This document shows positions 9,875 through 18,776 of a stretch of 55,118 bases of DNA, one piece after another (position 1 is the stretch's first letter; the number at the start of each line of letters is the position of its first letter). Source of the stretch: Rubrivivax sp. (GTDB lineage Bacteria; Pseudomonadota; Gammaproteobacteria; Burkholderiales; Burkholderiaceae_C). The notes beneath the pieces are model-generated. The model searched no databases and was not told where the DNA came from. It saw only the letters and a program-made list of their open reading frames with translations. The stretch spans positions 1 to 55,118 of the forward strand of contig JALORQ010000008.1 of the NCBI GenBank assembly GCA_025458805.1, in the 5' to 3' direction. A program made the position numbers and the translations under genes.

Positions 9875-10881
9875 GGCGGCAGCTTCTCCATCAGCAGGTA
9901 GGTGTTGTACGCGTTGATCCGGTTGGCGGCCTTGAACAGCGGCAGATGCTCGAACCGCGACCAGTCGGCACGCGCATAAGCGTCCTCGAAGGGTTCGAGC
10001 GCGCGCGCCGCCTCCCCCATCGTGCGGCGCAGGTGCATCAGGTAGTCGCGCGTGAGCTGGAGGTCCTCGCGCGCGCCGGTCGACGCCGGCCCGTGGCCCG
10101 GCACGATGACCGCGACGTCGTAGGCCAGCAGCCGGTCGAGCGACTCGATCCAGCGCGCGCTGTCGGCGCCGCCGACGAAGGGCACGCGCCCGCGGAACAC
10201 CAGATCACCGGCGATCAGCACGCGCCTGTCCGGAAGCACGACGACCAGATCCTCGGGCGTGTGCGCAGGGCCGGCGGGGTACAGGCGCAGCTCGACGCCC
10301 CCGAGGACCAGCCGCTCGGGCCCGGTGATCCAGCGGTCGGCGCCGAGCAGCTGCGTGTTCTCGTCGATCCAGGGCCACAGCTCCTCGCGGCTCGCCTTCA
10401 GCCGCTGCGCGGCCAGGTCGGAGTTCAGGTACAGACGCGCGTCGGCATGTCCGAGGATCTCGGCCCCGACCGCCTTGAACGCCTGCAGGCCGTAGACGTG
10501 GTCGGCGTGCCAGTGCGTGACGACGACGTGCCGCACCGGCAGCGGCGTGATGCGGGCGATCGCCGAGAGCAGATCGACGGCGAGCGCGGGCGAGCCGAGC
10601 GCGTCGAAGACGATGACGCGGTCGTCGCCGACGACGAAGGCCGCGTTCGAGATGAAGTTGCGGTTGGCCGACGACCCGAGCGCCGACTCCCCCTGCACCA
10701 TCCAGACGCGCGGCGCGACCTCGACCGGCACGACCGTCGGCCGTGCGGCCGATGCGCCGGCCGCCGGCTGCGCCGACGCGGCACCCATCGCCGTGGCGAC
10801 CGCAAGGCAGAGCACGACAAGCCACGACCCGATGAGGGAAAGCCCCGGTGGGGTGCAGCACTTTCCCCAATACATTCGCAT
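9871..10881 (-). CDS. soxH: Periplasmic MBL-fold metallo-hydrolase, SoxH-like
   Basis: THWHADH, GPAHTPED, IAGDLVF, VPGHG, NRNFISNAAFV; start uncertain (10881 or 10875). Confidence 0.8.
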   Translation of the reverse strand: MRMYWGKCCTPPGLSLIGSWLVVLCLAVATAMGAASAQPAAGASAARPTVVPVEVAPRVWMVQGESALGSSANRNFISNAAFVVGDDRVIVFDALGSPALAVDLLSAIARITPLPVRHVVVTHWHADHVYGLQAFKAVGAEILGHADARLYLNSDLAAQRLKASREELWPWIDENTQLLGADRWITGPERLVLGGVELRLYPAGPAHTPEDLVVVLPDRRVLIAGDLVFRGRVPFVGGADSARWIESLDRLLAYDVAVIVPGHGPASTGAREDLQLTRDYLMHLRRTMGEAARALEPFEDAYARADWSRFEHLPLFKAANRINAYNTYLLMEKLPP

Positions 10882-10917
10882 GCGCTGATATTACTGCCGA
10901 TGAAGGCAGCCGGACAA
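10871..10917 (-). promoter_or_regulatory. Sigma70-like promoter with an overlapping ArsR-type operator for the soxH operon
   Basis: Minus strand TTGTCC-N18-TAATAT; plus strand ATTC-GCATGCGC-TGAT resembles the ATTC-N8-GAAT SqrR-type box. Confidence 0.45.
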
Positions 10918-10993
10918 CCGCGGGGCCAGGTGCCAAGCGCGTCGGGCATGGCCGACAATCGCCGCGTCCCGAAACGGCAACCCAGGAGACACC

Positions 10994-11320
10994 GTGATCC
11001 GTCCGAAGCACCTCGCCGCACTCGCCGCACTGGCGGCCGCCGGCATGTTCCATGCGGCCCCCGCGAGTGCCCAGGACGTGCACCTGGCGCGCAATCTCGC
11101 CGCCACCTGCGCCAACTGCCACGGCACCAACGGCGTCGCCCGCGGCGACATGAAGACCCTCGCCGGCGTGTCGGCCGACAAGATCCTGGCCCAGCTGGCC
11201 GACTTCCGCAGCGGCGCGCAGCCCGCGACGATCATGCACCAGATCGTCAAGGGCTACACCGACGACCAGCTCAGGCTGATTGCCGAGTACTTCGCCGCGA
11301 AGCCGGCGCCGGCCAAGTGA
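10994..11320 (+). CDS. fccA: Flavocytochrome c sulfide dehydrogenase, cytochrome subunit
   Basis: Signal peptide, CANCHGTNG, ATIMHQIVKGY; AGGAG RBS; directly upstream of fccB. Confidence 0.88.
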   Translation: MIRPKHLAALAALAAAGMFHAAPASAQDVHLARNLAATCANCHGTNGVARGDMKTLAGVSADKILAQLADFRSGAQPATIMHQIVKGYTDDQLRLIAEYFAAKPAPAK

Positions 11321-11331
11321 GGAACGACCCG

Positions 11332-12618
11332 ATGAACCGGCATGCATTGCAATCGACCGACCGCCGCCGTTTGCTCGGTGCCGGCGTGGCGCTGGGCGGC
11401 CTCGCGCTGGCCGGCTGCGCGACCCCCACGTCGGGCCCGTCGATCGGCCGCGTCGTCGTGGTCGGCGGCGGCTTCGGCGGCAGCACGGCGGCGCGCTACC
11501 TGAAGATGTGGGGCGGCAACATCGACGTCACGCTGGTCGAGCGCAGCACGACCTTCGTCTCGTGCCCGATCTCCAACCTGGTGGTCGGCGGCTACCGCCA
11601 GATCGGCGACGTGACCCGCGGCTACGACGGCCTGAAGGCGATGGGCATCAAGGTCGTGCACGAGGAGGTGGTCGCGATCGACGTCTCGCTGCGCAAGGTG
11701 CGGCTGCAAGGCGGCACCGAGCTGCCGTACGACCGGCTCGTCGTCTCGCCCGGCATCGACTTCATGTCGGGCGACATCGGCGGCCTGCCAGCGGCGCTGG
11801 CCAGCGGCGAGATCGCGCATGCCTGGAAGGCCGGGCCGCAGACGCTCGCTCTGCGGCGCCAGCTCGAGAGCATGCCCGACGGCGGCGTGGTCGCGATCTC
11901 GATCCCGAAGGTGCCGTACCGCTGCCCGCCGGGCCCGTACGAGCGCGCCTGCATGATCGCGAGCTACCTGAAGACGTCCAAGCCGAAGAGCAAGCTGCTG
12001 GTGCTCGACGCCAACCCGGAGGTGCAGTCGAAGAAGGCGCTGTTCGAACGCGCCTTCGCCCAGCACTACAAGGACATCCTCGAGTACCGGCCGAACGCCG
12101 AGCTGAAGGAGGTGAGCGGCAAGGTCGCCAGGCTCGAGTTCGAGGACGTGCGCGCCGACGTGCTCAACGTCATCCCGCCGCAGCGCGCGGCCGACTTGGC
12201 GCAGAAGGCCGGCCTGGTCAACATCAACAACCGCTGGGTCGGCGTCGACTGGCTGACGATGGAATCGACGGTCGCGCGCGGCGTGCACGTGCTCGGCGAC
12301 GCCACCTTCCCGGCGCCGGCAATGCCGAAGTCGGGGCACATGGCCAACCAGCACGCCAAGGTGGCCGCGGCCGCGATCATCCAGCTGCTCAAGGGCGAGG
12401 CGCCGAGCCCGACCCCGGTCGTGATGAACACCTGCTACAGCTTCGTCACGCAGCGCGACGTGATCCACGTCGCGTCGGTGCACCAGTTCGACGCGGCCGA
12501 GAAGACCTTCAAGACGGTGCCCGGATCGGGCGGCGTGTCGTCGGCGGCCAACCAGGTCGAGGGCCGCTACGCGCTGTCCTGGGCCGACAACATCTGGGCC
12601 GACATGCTGGCTCTGTGA
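11332..12618 (+). CDS. fccB: Flavocytochrome c sulfide dehydrogenase flavoprotein (FccB/SoxF)
   Basis: Tat RRRLL, VVGGGFGG, SCPISN, YRCPPGPYERA, MPKSGHMAN, NTCYS. Confidence 0.93.
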   Translation: MNRHALQSTDRRRLLGAGVALGGLALAGCATPTSGPSIGRVVVVGGGFGGSTAARYLKMWGGNIDVTLVERSTTFVSCPISNLVVGGYRQIGDVTRGYDGLKAMGIKVVHEEVVAIDVSLRKVRLQGGTELPYDRLVVSPGIDFMSGDIGGLPAALASGEIAHAWKAGPQTLALRRQLESMPDGGVVAISIPKVPYRCPPGPYERACMIASYLKTSKPKSKLLVLDANPEVQSKKALFERAFAQHYKDILEYRPNAELKEVSGKVARLEFEDVRADVLNVIPPQRAADLAQKAGLVNINNRWVGVDWLTMESTVARGVHVLGDATFPAPAMPKSGHMANQHAKVAAAAIIQLLKGEAPSPTPVVMNTCYSFVTQRDVIHVASVHQFDAAEKTFKTVPGSGGVSSAANQVEGRYALSWADNIWADMLAL

Positions 12619-12648
12619 GGGCCCGGCGGCCCGGCCGGTGCCGGGCCC
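12619..12648. terminator. Hairpin between convergent fccB and cytochrome c4
   Basis: GGGCCCGGC...GCCGGGCCC inverted repeat; no U tract. Confidence 0.4.
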
Positions 12649-12664
12649 GCCGCGGCGGCGCGGG

Positions 12665-13264
12665 CTACTTCAATCCGCTGATGTAGGACGCGACCGCCTT
12701 GAGCTCGAGCTCGGTCAGCTTCGAGGCGATGGTGTGCATCACCGCGTTGTCGTTGGTGCGCTCCCGCTTGTTGAACTGGCGCAGCTGGTTCTCGGTGTAC
12801 TGGGCGTGCTGTCCGGCGAGGCGCGGCAGCGTCGTCGAGCCGTGCCCGTCGGCGCCGTGGCAACTCGCGCAGGACGCGACCCCCGAATACGGATTGCCGC
12901 GCGTGAAGATGAAGCGGCCCATCTGCGCCAGTTCCGGATCCTCGACATCGTGCGCGCGGGTCGGCCGCGTTTCGAACCAGGTGCCGAGCAGCTTGAAGTC
13001 TTCGGCCGTCAGCCCCTCGACCATCGGCTGCATCGTGGTGCTCCTGCGCTTGCCGCTCGCGTAGTCGGCCAGCTGGCGCGCGACGTAGGCGGCGTTCTGG
13101 CCGGCCAGGCGCGGGAAGACCGGGCTCGAACTCTCCCCGTCGGCACCGTGGCAGATGAAGCACTTGCCTTCGACGATCTCCTGCGCGCGGGCGAGATCGG
13201 GCGACTCCTTGGCGACGGCGGCCGACGCGGCGGCCAGTGCGAGGGCGGACAGCAGCAGCTTCAC
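12665..13264 (-). CDS. Diheme cytochrome c4 / c553 family
   Basis: CFICHG and CASCHG, PRLAGQ twice, Met ligands; GGAG before GTG 13264. Confidence 0.9.
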   Translation of the reverse strand: MKLLLSALALAAASAAVAKESPDLARAQEIVEGKCFICHGADGESSSPVFPRLAGQNAAYVARQLADYASGKRRSTTMQPMVEGLTAEDFKLLGTWFETRPTRAHDVEDPELAQMGRFIFTRGNPYSGVASCASCHGADGHGSTTLPRLAGQHAQYTENQLRQFNKRERTNDNAVMHTIASKLTELELKAVASYISGLK

Positions 13265-13328
13265 TACGGTGCTCCGGGACGGCGGGAGGATGCGGCGACG
13301 CATGGATTGTGGCGAGGCAGGCACGGCG

Positions 13329-14447
13329 TCAGGCGGGACGGGCCGATCCGCCGGGCGGCGTCGTGGCACCCGGCACGGGCTGGTCGATGGCGCCGGTCGG
13401 CCGCTGGTCGAGCAGCCGGTCGGTGAGCGCTGCCGCGCCCCACATCGAGAACAGCGTGACCCAGGCCGTGGCGGTGAACACCGACGCGCCGGACAGGCCG
13501 GCGCCGACCGCGCAGCCGCCGGCCGTCATCGCGCCGAAGCCCATCAGCACGGCGCCGATCAGGTAGCGCCGCATCCCGAGCGCGCCCTCGAAGCCCTCGA
13601 GCCGCAGTTCGCCGAACAGCGCGGCGGCGACGAACGAGCCGATGACGACGCCCGGCACGAGTCCGATGTCGAAGCCGGCCGGCTTGTCGCTGGCCACCAG
13701 CACGCGCGACAGCACCTCGGCCGACGGGCCGGCGAAGGTGAGCGACTGCACGCCGACCGGCTCGAAGGAGGCGGACGCGACGGCGTAGGTGACCCACCAG
13801 GCCGCAGCGACTGCCAGCCCGACGCCCACCGCGCCGGCCCAGCCCCAGGTGGGCACCTTCTGGCGCCGCGCCCAGAAGACGGCGGCCGCCAGCCACACGG
13901 CACCAAAGATCAGCGCGCCCCCGTGTCCGATGCCGGTGCGCGCGATCAGGTCGCGCGCACCCCCGCCGTCGATCGTCCACCACTCCGAGATCGCCAGCCG
14001 CAGCGGAGCCAGCACGCCGGTCCAGGCGGCCAGCGCCGTCACGGCGAAGACCAGCCCCGACAGCACCGAGCGCAGGTTGCCCTGCGCCGCGAGCACGAGC
14101 AACCGGCTCGCGCAGCCGCGGGCCAGGATCATCCCGATGCCGAACAGCGCGCCGCCGACGGCCGCGCCGGACAGGCTGCCCCGGCTGGCGATCTGGCGCG
14201 ACTGCGAGGTGTCGAGAACGCCGGCCCATGCGAGCGCCTGTGTCGCCATCACCGCGGTGGCGAAGGCGAACAGCCAGACGGTCAGCTTGCCGCCGGTGGT
14301 GTTGCGGGCGAACTCGATCACCGCCGAGCGCAGGCAGAAGCGCGAGCGCTGGGCGAGGAAGCCGAACGCGATGCCGATCGCGAGCCCCGCAGCCAGCAGC
14401 AGCGCGTGCTCGCCGTGCCTTTCGACCAGAGTCTCCAGCCCCATCAC
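13329..14447 (-). CDS. YeeE/YedE sulfur-compound transporter (SoxT-like)
   Basis: QRSRFCL, GMILARGCASR, GAMTAGGCAVG; multiple TM helices. Confidence 0.9.
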   Translation of the reverse strand: MMGLETLVERHGEHALLLAAGLAIGIAFGFLAQRSRFCLRSAVIEFARNTTGGKLTVWLFAFATAVMATQALAWAGVLDTSQSRQIASRGSLSGAAVGGALFGIGMILARGCASRLLVLAAQGNLRSVLSGLVFAVTALAAWTGVLAPLRLAISEWWTIDGGGARDLIARTGIGHGGALIFGAVWLAAAVFWARRQKVPTWGWAGAVGVGLAVAAAWWVTYAVASASFEPVGVQSLTFAGPSAEVLSRVLVASDKPAGFDIGLVPGVVIGSFVAAALFGELRLEGFEGALGMRRYLIGAVLMGFGAMTAGGCAVGAGLSGASVFTATAWVTLFSMWGAAALTDRLLDQRPTGAIDQPVPGATTPPGGSARPA

Positions 14448-14522
14448 GATCCCTCCCCGGCGCCGCGCCGCCCGAACGCGCGCAGACTACCTCCGCGCCC
14501 GGCGCCGCACGCTTGAGCCACC

Positions 14523-14936
14523 TCAGGGTTTGATGTACGAGGCGCCTTCCTTCTGCAGCTTCGAGAGGCGCACCACGCCCGACGGGGTGAAGTCCGCCTC
14601 CTGGATGAACTGCTCCTTCTTCAGGTTGCGGTTCTGCAACGTGATCTCGCAGACCTCGAAGCGCACGCCGCGGTTCTTCAGCGCGGCCACCGTGCTGGCG
14701 AAGCTGTTCTCGTTGCGGTCCTTCATGCCTTCCATGAGGAAGTCGACGCCGAACGCGTGCGTGACCACGGTGATCTGCGCCGTCGGGTCGACGTCGAGGT
14801 GGTTGCGGATGTTGCGCAGCCCGGCCAGCGCCTGCGCGGCGGTGTCGTTGATGTGGTAGACCACCTTGTCCTGCGCGAGGGCGGTGACGGAGGTCGCGGT
14901 GACGAGCGCGGCGATGGCGAGGGAGCGGAATCTCAT
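14523..14936 (-). CDS. Secreted DsrE/DsrF-like protein
   Basis: Signal peptide; KVVYHIND, RNIRNH, GVRFEVCEITL, PSGVVRL, YIKP. Confidence 0.85.
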   Translation of the reverse strand: MRFRSLAIAALVTATSVTALAQDKVVYHINDTAAQALAGLRNIRNHLDVDPTAQITVVTHAFGVDFLMEGMKDRNENSFASTVAALKNRGVRFEVCEITLQNRNLKKEQFIQEADFTPSGVVRLSKLQKEGASYIKP

Positions 14937-14973
14937 GGCTCGGTCTCCTGGGTCGTGGGGTGTCGCAGCCGGA

Positions 14974-16719
14974 TCAGGCGATGCCCGGGTTGCCCTGCAC
15001 GCCGACGATGCGCGGCGCGTTGACCGTGCGCGGCGCGACGCGGCCGCCGGGGCGCGACTTGAGCCAGGTCTCGACGACCTCCCAGACCGGCTTGTTGCCG
15101 GCCCGCGCCGCCTCTTCGGCGACCGGCGCCCAGCCGGCGACCTTGTAGGTCCGGCCGGCCTCGATCGGCCTTCCGGCCAGCCGCATCTCGGAGATGCGCG
15201 ACCCCATCGCCGCACCCGGCGTGATCGTGTACTCGAGGCCGCCGACGCGCACCATGTCGCCGCCCTGCTGGTAGTACGGGTCGGGGTTGAAGAGGTTGTC
15301 GGCCACGTCCTCGAGCACGGTCTTGATCATCGCGCCGGACATCTCGGTGACGGTAGCGTAGGGGTAGGTGATGGCGACCTGGTCCATCATCAGCTCGCGC
15401 GTGATGACGTCGCCCGGCAGCAGGCTGGTGCCCCAGCGGAAGCCCGGGCTGAACGCGATCTCGGCGCCCTGCACCTCCATCAGCGCGTCGCAGACGAGCT
15501 GGTCCCAGCTGCCGTTGAAGTTGCCGCGGCGGAACAGCAGGCCGTCGGTAACCGCCAGCCTCTCAGCGAGCCGGGTCTCGTACGGGGCGCGGATCCTGGT
15601 GATCAGCGCCTCCATCGCGGGGTCGGGCGGCAGCAGGTTGCTGAACACCGGCAGCAGCCGGTAGCGGAAGTTCGCCACCTTGCCGCCCTTGACCTCGAAG
15701 TCCATCACGCCGAGGAACTTGCCGTTGCTCCCGGCGTTGGTCACCAGCGTCCGGCCGCCGGCGTTGTCGACCGGCACCGCCACCGGCACGCCGTCGTGCG
15801 TGTGGCCGCCGAAGATGGCGTCGATGCCGCGCACTCGGCTGGCCATCTTCAGGTCGACGTCCATGCCGTTGTGGCTGATCACGACGACGAGCTGCGCGCC
15901 CTTGCCGCGCGCCTCGTCGACGACCTTCTGCATGTTGGCGTCCTGGATGCCGAACTCCCAGTCGGCGACCATGTAGCGCGGGTTGGCGATCGGCGTGTAC
16001 GGGAAGGCCTGGCCGACGATCGCCACCTTCACCCCGTTCATCTCGCGCATCACGTACGGCTCGAAGACCGGGTCGCCGAAGTCGGCGGTCTTGATGTTCT
16101 GCGCGACGAAGTCGACCTGACCCTTGAAGTCCTTGCCGACGATCTCCTGCACGCGCTTCATGCCGTAGGTGAATTCCCAGTGGCCGGTCATCACGTCGAC
16201 CGTCAGCGCCTTGCAGGCGTCGACCATGTCCTGGGCGTTCGTCCACAGGCTGGTCGCGGAGCCCTGCCACGTGTCGCCGCCGTCGAGCAGCAGCGCGCCC
16301 GGACGGCTCGCCTTCATCCGCTTGACCAGCGTGGCCAGGTGCGAGAAGCCGCCGACCTTGCCGTAACGCCGCGCGGCGGCCTCGAAGTCGAGGAAGGTGT
16401 ACGCGTGCGCCAGCGGGGTGCCCGGCGCGATGCCGGCCCTCTTCAGCAGATGCTCGCCGACCAGGTGCGGCAGCTGGCCCTGCATCGAGCCGATGCCGAG
16501 GTTGACGCTGGGCTCGCGGAAGTAGATCGGCTTGAGCTGCGCGTGGCAGTCGGTCATGTGCAGGAAGCTGACGAAGCCGGCGCCGGTGCCCAGCGGCGGC
16601 AGGTCGTAAAGCGCCTGCCCGGCCTGCTGCGCATCGGCCTCGCCCCAGCGCGCCAGTCCCATGCCGGCCACCGTGGCGGCCGACAGTACCTGCAGGAATT
16701 CGCGCTTGCTCAGGTTCAT
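14974..16719 (-). CDS. soxB: Thiosulfohydrolase SoxB
   Basis: Tat signal SKREFL, HMTDCHAQLKP, DGGDTWQGS, GHWEF, GGHTHD, DPYYQQGGDMVR. Confidence 0.98.
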   Translation of the reverse strand: MNLSKREFLQVLSAATVAGMGLARWGEADAQQAGQALYDLPPLGTGAGFVSFLHMTDCHAQLKPIYFREPSVNLGIGSMQGQLPHLVGEHLLKRAGIAPGTPLAHAYTFLDFEAAARRYGKVGGFSHLATLVKRMKASRPGALLLDGGDTWQGSATSLWTNAQDMVDACKALTVDVMTGHWEFTYGMKRVQEIVGKDFKGQVDFVAQNIKTADFGDPVFEPYVMREMNGVKVAIVGQAFPYTPIANPRYMVADWEFGIQDANMQKVVDEARGKGAQLVVVISHNGMDVDLKMASRVRGIDAIFGGHTHDGVPVAVPVDNAGGRTLVTNAGSNGKFLGVMDFEVKGGKVANFRYRLLPVFSNLLPPDPAMEALITRIRAPYETRLAERLAVTDGLLFRRGNFNGSWDQLVCDALMEVQGAEIAFSPGFRWGTSLLPGDVITRELMMDQVAITYPYATVTEMSGAMIKTVLEDVADNLFNPDPYYQQGGDMVRVGGLEYTITPGAAMGSRISEMRLAGRPIEAGRTYKVAGWAPVAEEAARAGNKPVWEVVETWLKSRPGGRVAPRTVNAPRIVGVQGNPGIA

Positions 16720-16745
16720 GATCAGTCGTGGCTTATGTTCGGGCG

Positions 16746-16771
16746 AAAAAAACGCCCGGCGGCGCCGGGCG
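16746..16771 (-). terminator. Intrinsic terminator between soxX and soxB
   Basis: CGCCCGGC-gcc-GCCGGGCG followed by 7 T on the minus strand. Confidence 0.7.
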
Positions 16772-16783
16772 GGGGTCCGGGGG

Positions 16784-17434
16784 TCAGCGGTTGACCGGTG
16801 ACTTGGGGTCGAGCAGCAGCGCCATCACGTGAGCGATCTGCTTCTCGTCGAGCAGCCCGGAATGGCCGAAGCGCGGCATGTTCGAGCACGCGTTGTAGGT
16901 CTTGGAGTTCCAGATCTTCTCCCAGGTGTACTGGATGATCGGCGCCGCCGTCGGCGCGGTGACGTCGGTGACGCCACGCATCTTCCCGTAGTTGTACAGG
17001 CTGGGGCCGATCGTGCCGTAGGAGATCTCCTCCTTCGTGATCTGGTGGCAGTTGTAGCAGTTGCCGCCATTCGCGCTGGTGGCCGTGCTGGTGTCGGTCC
17101 AGGTCATCCCGCGGCCGCTCTGTGCGATGCGCTCGCCCTCGCGCCAGTCGCCGAGGTAATAGCCGCCCGTGGGCCACTTGACGCTCATGCGCGCCTGGTA
17201 CTGGATGCGCTCGGCCACGTCGTCGGGCGGAGGCTTGTCGGACGAGCAGGCCGACTGGCCAAGGTCCTGCTGGATCCGGTCGACCTTGGCGATGCCCTGG
17301 TCGCGGAACGAGGACTTCATCATCGCCAGCGCCTGGCGGTCGAGTTCGGCCGGGGCCGGCACCGACGCGCAGCCGGCGACGCCGACGGCGAGCACCGCGA
17401 CCGCGGTCGCGCAAAGAACGATCTTCGGATTCAT
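16784..17434 (-). CDS. soxX: Sulfur oxidation cytochrome SoxX
   Basis: Lipobox-like VAGC, GGNCYNCH, GTIGPSL, CSNMPRFG. Confidence 0.95.
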   Translation of the reverse strand: MNPKIVLCATAVAVLAVGVAGCASVPAPAELDRQALAMMKSSFRDQGIAKVDRIQQDLGQSACSSDKPPPDDVAERIQYQARMSVKWPTGGYYLGDWREGERIAQSGRGMTWTDTSTATSANGGNCYNCHQITKEEISYGTIGPSLYNYGKMRGVTDVTAPTAAPIIQYTWEKIWNSKTYNACSNMPRFGHSGLLDEKQIAHVMALLLDPKSPVNR

Positions 17435-17448
17435 CGTCGCGTGCTCCG

Positions 17449-18273
17449 TCAGCGCTTGATCGTCGGTGCGGCCGACTTGTCGCCCTTGGCATTGATGCCC
17501 ATGTACGACGCGAGAGCGATCGTCACGTCGGAGCCGAATCCGGGGAACGGGAAGCGCTGCTGCCGGAAGCAGTCGTTGAGCCGCAACTGCATGCCCCACA
17601 TCTGCCCGTTGCTCACGCGGTAGGCGGGCCACGCGGCAAAGCCGACGCCATCGCCCGGGGCCTTCGTGAGGTTGGGCAGGTCCTGCAGCCGGATGCGCTT
17701 GCCATCCTGACCGTGGCAGGTCGCGCACGAGAAGTCGTGCGGGCCGCCCTGGAAGTAGAACGCCCGCTTGCCGAGCTCGTAGAAGCGCTTCTCCTCGGGA
17801 TGGCTGGTCGGCAGGTTGAACGGCATGCCGCGCGACATCGCGGCGATCCAGGTCGCGAGCGCGGTGACGTTCTCCTGCTCGCCGCGGCCGAACGGCGTCT
17901 TGCGGATCTCGTCGCCGTTCAGACCCTGCAGGGTCTCCATGCATGTGACGAGCCGGGACTCCAGATCCTGCACGCGGCCGGTGTCGGCGAAGTAGCGCGG
18001 CAGTTCGACGAAGGCGCCCTTGACGACGCCGGGCCCCTTGCCCAGGTCGCAAAGTTCGAGCGACGCATTCTTGGGCCCGCGCTTGCGCGTCCAGAGCCCC
18101 TCGCCCTTGGCCTCGTAGAGGTCGGCGGGGTTGCCGTCCTCGAGCATCTTGCGGTACTCCGCGATGCCCTCGGCGGTCGACTTCTCCTGCGCCACCGCGG
18201 GCGTGGACATCCCCAGGGCGGCGAGCGCCAGCGCCGTGAACGACCCGGCGCGGGCAACGGTGAAGCTCGTCAT
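17449..18273 (-). CDS. soxA: Sulfur oxidation cytochrome SoxA (monoheme type)
   Basis: NPADL, DLESRLVTC, a single CATCH, WPAYR, RLNDCFRQQR. Confidence 0.95.
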   Translation of the reverse strand: MTSFTVARAGSFTALALAALGMSTPAVAQEKSTAEGIAEYRKMLEDGNPADLYEAKGEGLWTRKRGPKNASLELCDLGKGPGVVKGAFVELPRYFADTGRVQDLESRLVTCMETLQGLNGDEIRKTPFGRGEQENVTALATWIAAMSRGMPFNLPTSHPEEKRFYELGKRAFYFQGGPHDFSCATCHGQDGKRIRLQDLPNLTKAPGDGVGFAAWPAYRVSNGQMWGMQLRLNDCFRQQRFPFPGFGSDVTIALASYMGINAKGDKSAAPTIKR

Positions 18274-18368
18274 CTCGTCTCCATGCGTGGTGGTGGGAAG
18301 CCCGCCCGCGCCCTGCCTGGGACGCGGTGTCGAGGCGCGAGCGGGCCGCGAGGGCCCGCGAAGGCGAA

Positions 18369-18683
18369 TCAGGAGACGGTCGCCTCGTCGGTGCGCGTCT
18401 CGCCCTTGTTGTCCTTCCAGGTCACGGTGATCTTGTCGCCGGCCTTGGCGCCCTTCACGTTGAACTGGAGGAACGGGTTCTTCGCGATCGACGGCCCCCA
18501 CTCGGCGGTGAGGACGGTCTTGCCGTTGTGGGCGGCGCTCACCTCCTGGATGAACCAGGCGGGGATCGTCTTGCCGGCCGAGTCCTTGCGCTGGCCGGTC
18601 TCCATCTCGTGGCTCATCAGCACGCGCACGGTGGCCTTGTCACCGGCGGCTTGGGCGCGAATGCGCATCGGGTCTGCCTGCAT
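18369..18683 (-). CDS. soxZ: Sulfur carrier protein SoxZ
   Basis: ADPMRIRA, HEMETGQRKD, IPAWFI, KNPFLQF, WKDNKG; start uncertain. Confidence 0.95.
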   Translation of the reverse strand: MQADPMRIRAQAAGDKATVRVLMSHEMETGQRKDSAGKTIPAWFIQEVSAAHNGKTVLTAEWGPSIAKNPFLQFNVKGAKAGDKITVTWKDNKGETRTDEATVS

Positions 18684-18776
18684 CACCGCCGATGGGTCTG
18701 CTGCGTTCCGGCATCGAGCCGGCGGGCATGCCGCAGGACGCGCGGCGCGTTCGGCCGCCCTCAGGACGGTCGGCTA

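Noticed and set aside
9700-11331. Apparent N-terminal extension of FccB (similar extensions appear on GlnE, ProA and NtrX)
   Set aside because: Stop-free upstream frames. The true starts have RBS and signal motifs, so these are not fusions.
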